Shown: one piece after another, positions 49,239-60,396 of the stretch
Layout: every line of letters begins with the position of its first letter
How positions within the stretch are numbered: the first letter of the stretch is position 1
NCBI GenBank assembly: GCA_004022145.1
Contig: RCNU01000002.1
Direction: 5' to 3' (one strand)
DNA from: Paecilomyces variotii
Taxonomy: Eukaryota
Length of the DNA: 64,000 nucleotides
Made by a program: the position numbers and the translations under genes
Notes under the pieces: generated by a model
Seen by the model: the letters and a program-made list of their open reading frames with translations, nothing else
What the model was told of the DNA's origin: nothing
Database searches by the model: none

Positions 49239-52196
49239 TTAAGACAACGCGGGGAGCGGTGCCTGAAGAGGCAGCTTCCGCGAAGAGCTGCCGACATAGA
49301 CCGTCTTGGGGTACTCGCTTATGACCCAGTTCTGGCTGGCAACGTCCCAGTTGGAAATATCACGACGGGTCAGCGTCGTGGTCCACTGGTACTGCTGGCC
49401 AGGAGCAAGGGTGATCCGGTCAAAGCTGCGGAGGACAACCTTGGGGTCGTCAGGGCCACCGAGGGACACGTACTATTGCTCAATGTCAGTGATTCAATGC
49501 TTCTCGAGGTGATCGCGCATTGCAAACTTACCAGTTGGGGAACCTCATCACCGGCCACCTTGCCAGTGTTGGTAATTATGGCGCTGACACGGTACACCTC
49601 CTCGTACAGGCCTGGGTTACCACCAGGGCCGCCACCAGCAGGAAGAACGGGCTGGGGAGAGCCGTCGGTGGCACCCGCGGGGACATAGTCTTCAGTCTTC
49701 ATTCCATAATTGGGGTCGGCGGAAGCCTTCTTAGGATCCGTCGAGTTCAGCCATGGGTAGATGTACAATGGAATCTTGTCAATGTTGTCCGGGTAAAGAT
49801 AGTCGGCGTAGTCGGTGCTGTAGTTGCCCAAAACAGGGGCTGCCTTGGTCTGAGCGGAAACAGGTCCATACGTCGCGACGGGGATGGGCTGCACATAGAG
49901 GTTAGAGTAACCAAAGGTGGTATAACTGAGCCCATAGCCGAACTCATAAACGGGGGTGTCGTTCGCCTTGTCGAAGTGTCTGTAGTCGATGAAGACGCCT
50001 TCGGTGAAGTCAACCTGCGGCGCACCCTTGCTATTGTTGGGTTCCATGAGCAGAGGAGTGCCATAGGAATCCAGGTTCTTACCCCAGGTGAAGGGGGTCT
50101 TTCCACCTGGGTTGACACGACCGTACAGGACATCAACCAGGGAGTTTCCGCTCTCCTGGCCGGGAAGACCGGCCCAGACAATAGCAGTGATGTTGGGGTT
50201 ATCGTTCCACTCCCCGGCCTCGACCGCACCAACACCGTGGATGACAAGGATGGTGTTGTTGCAGTTAGCCGTGGCAGTCTTGACAACTTGATCGGCTCCC
50301 TGCCAGACAGTAATGTTGTTGCGGTCTCCCATGTTGCCGGCCACGTTGAGATAACCCTCACCGGAGTCCGAGTTGACGAACACAATGGAGACGGTAGCCT
50401 GAGAGGCATACTGCTGTATCGCATCAACGTCACCGTTGTCGGTGACGGAGAAGACTGGACCCTTGCCCTTGGAGAGGATCTCATTCTGGATCGCTTGCTC
50501 CGGCGTGACTAGGTAAGGGAAGTTATCGCTACCACTGCCCCAGCCCATGGCCAATGTACCGTTGTCACAGCTACGGTCACTGCAGCCGTTGGCACCTCCC
50601 TGGGGTGATCCAGCATCTTCACCGAGGATGGCGGTGAATTTCTCATAGCCTGTCAATGGAAGTGCTCCGTTGTTCTTCAGCAGGACAATGCTCGAAGATC
50701 CAATCTTCCGAATGATATCCGCATGATTGCCGCGCACGTCTACCTTGTCGTTTACCTTGACGTAGTTCTGGCCCACGAGTGCATGCTCGTAACCATATTC
50801 GTCCGTCGTCCAGGAGTCGAAATTGATCGGCACCTGGTGGCGGTCACGACCGACCTTGTAGTATGCAGCGATGATGCGGACAGCCATGTCATCCAAACGC
50901 CATTCTGGAATGGTACCGTTGACAACAGCGATAGTCAGGTTGGTGCCCCAGAATGTCTGGCCATTGCCCATGATGGCGTCACCCGGCATCGACATATCGA
51001 GGCCAGCCAATGCATCGCCAACGCCACTGTGGTGAGCCCCCCAGTCGCTCATGACGAATCCCTGGAAGTCAAGCTCACCCTTCAAGAGCTTGTTCATCGT
51101 GTAGCTGTTGGAGCATGCGTAACTGTTGTTGATCTGGTTGTAGGAACACATGAAAGAGCCAACACCTGCGCGAACTGCATCGGCAAACGGCCACAAGTAC
51201 AACTCATGAAGCGTCTTATCATCGATATTGGAGCTCACGCTCTCGTCGATGTCGAATCCATACCCCTGAGCTTCTGAAGCCTGTCGGAAATGTTCTTGCT
51301 CATAACCGATGAAGTGCTTGGCGCATGCGATGATACCGGCGTCCTGCATTCCCTTGATGGTCTCCGCCATAAGCGCACCTGTCAGAACAGGATCCGGAGA
51401 GAAGCCCTCCCAGTTACGACCGCCGTTAACTGATCGTCCCAGTGGACCAGCAACAGGGCCCAATTGGACATCAACCCCCTTTCCATTGTGCTCCTGGCCC
51501 ATCGCCTGGCCGCGAAGATAAGCCAGCTCTTTGTCCCAGGTGGCTGCGACATTGACACCGGCAGGGAAAGCCGAGACGAAGTCCGCTTGAACGCTAGTTA
51601 GCATGTCTGACCAGGTCGGTAGTGATATTGTCTCTGCTCTGGAAGCTTACCGAATCGCACACCCAGAGGAGAGTCTTGCAGGCATAGTCCACGGAAACCT
51701 AACCGGGGGATACTGCCCGTTTCACCCACACAACGCTCCTGCTCCCAACTTTCTAGCAGTCAGCCAATCTATCCAGACCGAAATGCAATTGGAAATAGTG
51801 TGATGAGCGCCAACGACCTACCCAGTACCAGTTGTCAGGTTGACTTTCTCAGCCAATGTCAACTGCGATACAAACTGCACGGCCCTGTTGTATGCATCGG
51901 CCCATTCGCCCTGACCGTTCGCCCATGGTGACGGATAGAAGGGCGGTGAGTATGCCAAATCCTAGGGAAGTTTGTCAGAATTGTCGCTAGTTCTCTAATC
52001 GATCTTTGTTCCCAGAGCCCAGCAACAATTATGGTATAAACGAAACAAAGATGAAAATGGAAAAAGAGAAGTATGCGCGCGCTTGCTGAAGCACCGAAGG
52101 GTAAACCAGGGGGCGGATGCGGAGAGAGCTTCGTACCTTGGCGCTGACCACGGTAGCGGCCGCGACGCCAGCTACCTCAAGCCATCCAAGCCTCAT
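49239..52196 (-). CDS. bglA: Secreted GH3 beta-glucosidase (BglA/Bgl1 type)
   Basis: Signal peptide [20 protein letters not shown], then [39 protein letters not shown], nucleophile motif FVMSDW, GQESGNS and an FnIII-like C-terminus. Four introns. Confidence 0.95.
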
Positions 52197-55100
52197 ACTT
52201 AGTTGTCTGAGGTATAGATAGTCTTGTCTGCTTGGTTGTTACACTGCAAACTAGACTAGATGAGCATGCAACCACAGCAGGATGAAAAGAGGACACCGAG
52301 AGTATCTACAGCAAAGACCCCTCAGCGCTGTCACTGGGAAACTGGGGTCTGGCCGGATCTTCAGTGATATTTAATTGCTGCCACCAGCGAGGGACGCGAT
52401 CAAGGACCGCGACCGGGCGCGGCATGTCGATCATCCATCATATTAATGGAAACAAGCGATGGAGGCCCGAATTCCCCATCGAGAGGAAGGTCCAAGTGGA
52501 AACTGAGTGGCCATGTCCCTGGATAATAGTTAGATACTACCTGATGGAGACTGGTGTCACCAGAGAGCATCCATCATTGACGCTACTCTAGTTATTCGGC
52601 CTAAATCCTCATCTCGTCTGCATCTTTCAGAATTCAGAAGGTCATTAGTTAGTTACTCCGTATATCATGATCCACCACCCCATGAGACACGCAGGAAGCA
52701 AATAAATTGGTCGGGTTTCGGCATCGTTGCCATCGCCTGGCTTCCCAGCAAGCGTGGCTGGGACCCTAAGGAGCGCCTCCCCCGCAGTTGGCCCTGCAGA
52801 GCTCATTATTGTTAGGGATGCTACGTTGCTATGGAGGACGAAAAGCTTCGCCTGTCCATCTCTGTAGCAGTGGCTGGCCGGTTAAATCGGCCATGGCTGC
52901 AGTTCGGTAGCACGGAAGGGGTACATCAATAATAGTCTGTGCCCTGAGGACTCTGCTGACACCGCTCGATCTAAACGAACTGAAGACCTTCTGGAAAGAG
53001 GGGGAGATAATCCGTATTATTGATTAATGAGAAAAACATATCTTGGCAGTAACTAAGGTAACTAACTAACTTACAACCTTACTGATCCGATAAAACTCCG
53101 TCTCTTCTGGGCCAGTTAGTAGTGGCAGGCTAAAGCTATATTCCGCAAACAAGGGGTTTCTCCAGTTTTCCGATCAAACAACCTCGATGCTTATTTTACA
53201 AGCAACTATCATATCATTCACCTGGCATTATGAACCGCCTAGAGATCAGAGTCGCTATAGTTAACTAACTATTAGTGAATTACCAGCCTCCAGCTTACTG
53301 AGAAAGAGAAAAAGAAAAGGGGATGGCTGCAGACATCCTGTATGAATTATCCCCTGAACTACCGCTAACTAACTAGTTATTATTGCCAAATCCTCACAGC
53401 TGACCTTGAGTATGGAGTAGAGTTGATACAGAAGATTTTAGCAGCAGCGGAGCAAACGGTCTGCCAATGAAACGAACACCAGTCTACGGGATAGTTAGCA
53501 TCCACGAAGTAGTATTTTAGATCAACTGCTTTCGCTCTCTTCACGACGTCACATTCCCCACACGACGCGAGCTGGTCCTGGGGGAGGGGGGCGACATTCC
53601 GCGGGAATGGAAATCTGGAGGAAATTTCCAGACCGTCAGCACAAACGGTCAGATATTACGATCTATACGAGGATGATTACTGCTCAATTGGCTGGAAATG
53701 AAATGTGACCGTTGTACATACTACACAGACATACTTTTCTCCTGTTTATCCAGTGGTTTTGATCACATGGAACTTTAAACTCCGGGCCCAACTGATCCAA
53801 CAGTTGAAAATAAGGTAGATCAATAATCTACCGTTTGGAAGACTACTGCCGGCAAATGATACGGAGAAACAGCAGAGTATCTTATCCCCGATACTCCTGC
53901 GAACAAGCGGAGGCAAAAGGGAGTGAGACAGAAAAACGGTGATCCGGACGGTTCTTTCGGGAGCCTACAGCAGATCCATGGTCATCGATAAACCCCTGAA
54001 GATCGATTCAGATCAACACCCTTTTCGGGGGTCCTCGCTAAAATTAGATAGTTATGAATAGTAATTATTATTATTACTGAGGGTTCCCTACAATCTACTA
54101 CTATGGTACATGCAATTCTCGTCTACGAAGCAGTAATACCTCGTACAATAAGAACATGACACTCTACCTGGGCATTATTGACGGAAATTTCGCGAAGATC
54201 AACCCCGCTTCACGAAATAATTCCTATTTACCCGGAAACGAGCATATCGGATATACGCACTGACCTGGCAGAAGCCACCATTCCCACACAACATTGGAAG
54301 CTTCGGCTCTAGCCGTCGAGATCCAGATGCTGTTTCTGAGAAACCACAGCTAGGTTGGTCAAATCAACAAAAGTTGAAAGTTAAAAAAAAAAAAAAACCG
54401 GAGATGCCATCCCTCTCCCGTTTTCTTCTTTTTCTCTTTTGTCTCTCTTCGTTATACCCCACTACGTCTGGGCGTCCAGTATTTAACCTTGAGTTTACCC
54501 GAAAGCTGAATCTCCTTTTTCGAACAGTTCCACCAATTGGGGTAAAGCTGCTACATAACTAACTCATTTATGTCTCGACGGGATCCGGGGAATTTCCCCA
54601 GACTTCCGAATTAATAATAACCAACTACACCATGACGGAGAATTTCCTTGATTCTCTGGCCGATATCGCCGGGGCAGTTGGACCGGAGAGGGCAAAAGAC
54701 AATATCTAGCGCGGGATTTGTTCCCCGCAAACTAAGTAAGGAAAAAGAAGGAGGTAGATAGCCTGGTAGATGAACACATCGAACGATGCAGGTCATTTCG
54801 GCATCTGACCGAGCTATTCGAACGAAGCTGGCTGCTTAAATTCCCGCGGCGGATAATAATACTTTCTCATAAAACCAATACATATCCTGCCTTCAACTCA
54901 CTCTCCCAGATTATCTCATATTATGACTCTTCTAAGCCGTTATGTTCTCTACACCACCGACCTACTCGATTCCTGTAGTAGGCTAGGTCTGTGATGGATT
55001 TCGGTATTTGACCTCAACCGCCAGCTACCGTCTACCAATGTGATAGGTATTTTGCCTATATAACTAATTCGGGAGCTAGAACTGACCTCGTGGACAGTTC

Positions 55101-56242
55101 AATTCTGTCCTGTCGCTGGTCCAGTTATAAATCCTCCAGTCCCGGCCCTCTACAAGTGCTTTTTTGCTGCTTGAGTAGCGTTTGTACGTCTATCCACCAT
55201 CCACCTCGAACTTCTGACACCATTGCGTGGACAAGACTTTATGAAATCCACCAGAGAAACTGTCTATCAAGGATCTTCTTTGATTTGCAAATATAGTTGT
55301 CGTCAACAGTACTCATTTACGACCAGGATAGATCTGTTTCTTTCTTTCTTTCTTTACACTTTATCGACTACCATAACCTACTACAGCGTAGGATAGACAT
55401 CCAATTTCCAATACACAACGTGCACTAACTAATATCTACATCGACAAATCCACAAGCACGGGAACAAGGATGGAAACATAACGTGAGTTTTAGGGATTGG
55501 TAAATTATCTATTCTTTAGTTAAATTGCTTGCTTAAACTGTTAATTGTAGTTATTATCTCTTCTGATGGACATACGGGTTCAAAACAGATTATAGGAAGT
55601 GTATTGATTAATATACACAAATAGGAGAGAAATAATACGTGAATATGATCAACAGTTCAGTTCAGTTCTTCTAAAAGCACAAAAGATCCCATTAAGCGAG
55701 ACGAAACGCCAAAGCATCTGTGCACTTGATTTAATTATTCTATTCGAACAACTTCCCAATATGGTCGAGAACGGGAGAAGTTGGGGGGAACAGGCGAGAC
55801 CGGCCTAAGTACGTGGGAAGGCAAAATAAATGTCATCGCGGCACGCTCATTGGTTGAATGGGCGGTAGAGCCAGCCAGACGCTTTTTTTGCCCCAGATCG
55901 AAATAAGCTTACGAGGCCAAGATTGATAAAGGAGCGTAGGCTGTAGGGATGAGACAAGGTGGGAAAGGGATCGACGGTGTTGGTTTTTATCATTTTTCTC
56001 GACGAGTTCTTCTTCGCCTTCTTGGATGAGACTCGGGGAGAATCTTATATATTTTGATTTGGACTTTTTTTTTGTATTAATTCCTTGACCTGGTTTAATT
56101 TGTTTCCCAAGTGCCGCGCCCCGCTTTCTTTGGTATTGAGCTTTACCATACTACCTACCGACTTTATTTACTCGCAGAGGAAAGCTCAAATACTTATACG
56201 GCCAACAGAAATACCAGTTCGACGCCAGACATCATTACGGGG

Positions 56243-57657
56243 ATGGCAGGCCCCGTGATAACAGATGAGAAGCTCGCGGAAGGATACCAAGGCGAAACGA
56301 AGCCAACGCCAGATCTAGAAGTTGGAAATGCTTCTCCGGATATCCAACCATCCGTCGGCACAGATGGTCCAGAGGAAGAAAAGACAGAACGACATGTCTC
56401 AGCGTTCAAAAAATTGGGGATTCTGGATCGCTTTCTAGCTGTCTGGATCTTCCTTGCTATGGCGATAGGGATTATTTTGGGGAATTTTGTCCCTAATACG
56501 GGCCCGGCGTTGCAGAAGGGAAAATTTGTCGGGGTCTCGATACCTATTGGTAAGTATACTTGATGATGATTTTGATTCACCGTTCGATCTGAAGAATCTT
56601 CCCCTCCTCAAAGGAACATCGGTTTGTTCACGGCTGACATATCTTCGCCATAGCCATTGGATTGCTGGTGATGATGTATCCGATCCTTTGCAAGGTACGG
56701 TACGAGACTCTACATCGGACACTTCTCGAGAAATCGCTCTGGATCCAGGTCCTATTCAGTCTGATAGTGAATTGGATCATAGCTCCCTTGTTCATGGTAC
56801 GTTGCTTTCATGTTGTTTCTTGACAATGTATATGGAATCCTGACGAACAGCTCCATTCTAGCTGGCGCTAGCCTGGGCCTTCCTCCCTGATGAGCAAGGA
56901 TTACGGGAAGGGCTTATCATCGTCGGTATCGCAAGATGTATTGCAATGGTAAGCTAGAGTAACAACCCTATCTGCACTGCATGGGCTTCAAATGCTGACA
57001 GCTCTGGAGGTCCTGATCTGGACTGGACTCGCAGGTGGAGACAGCGAATACTGCGCCATTTTGGTCGCTATTAATTCCATCCTCCAGATGGTCCTGTTCG
57101 CACCGATAGCACTTCTCTTTATCGGAGTTATTGGAAAGGATGACGATCATAATTCGAGCAATTACTCCATCGCTGCCAAAAGCGTTGGTGTGTTCCTTGG
57201 AATCCCGCTGGGCGCTGCCATCATAACCCGATTCACACTGCGGAATATTTTTGGAAAGGATTTCTATCAGAAGTTCTTGAATTTCATCGGGCCGCTCTCA
57301 CTGATCGGGTTGCTCTTCACCATTATTATCCTTTTCGCCTCGCAGGGACGCCATGTGGTGCATCAGATAGTGTCCGTCATCCGCGTTGCGGCACCCCTGA
57401 TCGTCTATTTCCTCGTCATCTTCTTGACCACTTTGTGGATAACACATCGTCTCGGCTTCGGATACGAGCTTGGATGCACTCAGAGCTTTACTGCTGCGAG
57501 CAACAACTTCGAGCTCGCTATTGCCGTGGCCATTGCCACGTTTGGGGTCGATAGTGACCAGGCCCTCGCTGCCACTGTTGGCCCGCTTGTGGAAGTCCCA
57601 GTCCTTCTCGGGCTGGTGTATATCGTCCGCTGGATTGGCAGGCGAAGGAATTGGTAG
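56243..57657 (+). CDS. ACR3: Arsenite/antimonite efflux permease Acr3
   Basis: LDRFLAVWIFLAM, GLLVMMYPILCKV, NWIIAPLFM, GIARCIAMVLIW (conserved Cys), SNNFELAIAVA and VGPLVEVPVL. Introns 56550-56653, 56797-56861 and 56949-57009. Confidence 0.95.
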
Positions 57658-57721
57658 ACATGCTGATCATAAATTTTGAATGTCGATAGAGCACTCATGA
57701 TAATAGAGTATATGATAATAA

Positions 57722-58749
57722 TTAAGATAGATTTCCGCTAATTTCATTCAATATCTCAAAGAGCACCTGATTCTGCACTCGACAGCCCTCTTCTGCAGAC
57801 GATCCCTTCCGAAAACCAGCCCATAGTTTCTTGCGAATTTCGGTCAAATCAACACCACGAGTGTTGTACTGGCTGATCAACTCCCCCGCGACAGAGCACA
57901 GAGTAGTGTTCAAGACTGCATCACCGCTAGGCCAAGATTCAGGGACACCCTCAGAGGGAGGACATCCACATAGTTCCTCCACTGCCGGAGGACAGTCGCA
58001 GGCTTCTTCACTTTTAGGAGATTCCACCGGAGGTGTGGTGTGAGGCTGCTCTGTCTGAGGCGGCTCTGTCCGAGGTTGCTCCGGTTGAGACTGCTGGGGC
58101 TGGATTTGGCCGCAGCAGGACCCTTTCTGTTGAGATTGTTCCGGCTGGAGTGACTCCTGTTCACGAGGCCGAGGTTGCTGACATGGTCCTTGTTGGCAGG
58201 CAGGTTTCTTATTGGCTTCTATCGCAGCCATACTACTGGCTAGCGACTGCAGGGACTTTGCAGCCTCCGTAATACTTTCGTGGAGATTCAGGGGGCGTTG
58301 TGAAGTAGGTTGAGGGGGAGGTTGAGAGGCGGTTCTGCAACCAGACTTGCTCTCCACAGGAGCTGCCTGTATATTGACTTCCGGTCGACGCAGAGCTGGT
58401 ATTGCTACTTTCTGGGCCACGATAGGATTATCCTCTCCCCGTAGATACTCATCGACGGAAGGAGGTGCCACGCCGAGGCGGGACAAGAGTTGACGCAGTT
58501 TTGCATTTTCGACTTCTAGCTTCTGTATAGATATCCGGTTGTTGATATCTTGCTGATGAGCTTGCTTTTTGCAGACGGACAGGTTATGTTCCAGTTCTTG
58601 GATGTACTCCTGCTTTCTCGCCCTGCTCTTGCGCTGGTTCTCTCGGATTCGCGCCAAGCGCTGCCGTTTCTATTCAGTCGTTAGGATACAATAATGCCTT
58701 ACCAACTACTAGAATAGCAATTCACCTTTTGCTCAGTCTCGACCTCCAT
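57722..58749 (-). CDS. bZIP transcription factor with a cysteine-rich C-terminal region
   Basis: Exon 58726-58749 (MEVETEQK), intron 58670-58725, then the basic region KRQRLARIRENQRKSRARKQEYIQELE and a zipper. Cys clusters CQQGPC, SCCG, CDCP, LCGCP, TTLCSVA and GCRVQN. Confidence 0.88.
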
Positions 58750-59510
58750 TTGGCCTGGTGCCTAGTTTCACAGAGCTCAAGCTGTCGCTTCCGAGGTAGG
58801 TTAGACTCGCTCACTTCTAACGTCACTTTCAGCCGTTGAGACTGAAGGTCCCCAACCGCCAGTCTCGCGCATGCATTTCTTAGCTTATTCGATCGTGCGG
58901 GGTATGGGAGACAAGAGTAATAATTGCGGTCATTAAGAAGATTCTATTCTGCTGCCTCCCAGAATGCAGTCGGGGTTTTAACCCGCAAACGGTGATCACG
59001 TGGTGGCCACGCTGAGCGGCACGGGGAGATCTCCGATGGATGATTGGCTGCGCTGGAAATTAAGGGCTGGGGCCAAAGAACATGTTCATGTTAATAATTA
59101 TTATTATATCTGGAGTATCACGGGAATCAGCCAGTGTAGTAGAGCTTGAGTTGGGCCAGTAGCCAGTGTCTGGATGGAATAGGGTTGCTCATTCAGCCTG
59201 GTTTCTAAACAGCGTCTGTATCCAACTCGAATCGTTTCAAAGCCCAGGAGTTTCCAGAATGAGGTCCCCAGCGACGTAGACGTCACAGGCACGCCGCCGC
59301 TCTCGTCAGTCAGTCAAGCAACCATCGTCGCAGAACCCCCTATGCCTGTATTGTTTCCTCTTCTTCCAACATCTCGTGTGCTGAAGGTAAAGGACAACTT
59401 CCTCTACCAGAACCGCGCGCTTATCTATTCGAATTGAGAACTCCAATCACAACAGTACTTACCTACTTAGTTGACCTGATCGCGGCTGCGCAACAAAACG
59501 GGTAGAAGCC

Positions 59511-60396
59511 ATGGTCTCCACGCGACATCATCCCCGGGACTTCCCTCCCCCCACGACGCCTAGTTCCAATGCTGTCGCGAAGTCGACTCCATCGCCTACG
59601 ACGTCTGGAAGCAGTCGCTCAAAATGGGTTCACACGCCATCAGCAGCGGTCACTATTTGGCTGGTCTTCTCGATCCCATTAATCTTCTGGGACGCCGGCT
59701 ATGTGCTTCTGCGACCGCATAGCATGCCCGGAGGCAAGCTACATTCACCCATCTGGACTCCTTATGCGCTCTATGGGACGATCGACTATATATACGGCTG
59801 GCCAGCGTTTAATGCGCGCAATGGATTCACGGCCGCACAAACGGTGATGAACTTGGTCGAGACTGCGGGGTATCTGTATTATCTGTTCGTCGTCTACCGG
59901 TATGGAACGATCGTGACGAGCAGCGGTCGCGCATCCAGGAAACAACAGAAAGGCCTGGTCTGGCTCTTGAAGGAGGACAAGTCTATCGCTGGAAGGACAG
60001 GTGCCATTGCGCTTCTAGTTGCCTTCAGTGCCTCCGTCATGACTGTCAGCAAGACTGCCCTATACTGTCAGTCTCCCGCGCCATTTCGATCGCTTCCTAG
60101 GTAGTTTGTAGGATATAGCTAACAGCATTGCAGGGTTGAATGAAGTGTTCTCGGGCTTCGAAAACATCGGTCACAACAGCATTGGTATACTGATCATATA
60201 CTGGATCGTGCCTAAGTAAGTCATCAGATGGATAACTACGTGATGTCGATAAAACCCAGAGACATAAACTAACGGTGCATCCAGTGGTCTCTGGCTCATC
60301 TTCCCGAGCTACAACATCTATATTCTTGGTGCTGAGATCGTCAACTCCCTCGAGACGGCAACCGCACGCAGCAGAGGTCGGGCTAAGTCGACATAA
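59511..60396 (+). CDS. Multi-pass membrane protein, EXPERA/EBP-like
   Basis: WDAGYVLLRP, PYALYGTIDYIYG, SKTALYWLNE and YWIVPNGLWLIFP. Introns 60067-60133 and 60216-60284; TAA at 60394-60396. Confidence 0.75.

Noticed and set aside
49520-50512. 330-aa plus-strand ORF and other long ORFs overlapping bglA, MOT1, FAB1 and SEC39
   Set aside because: These are antisense or alternate-frame shadows caused by codon bias, with no recognisable motifs.
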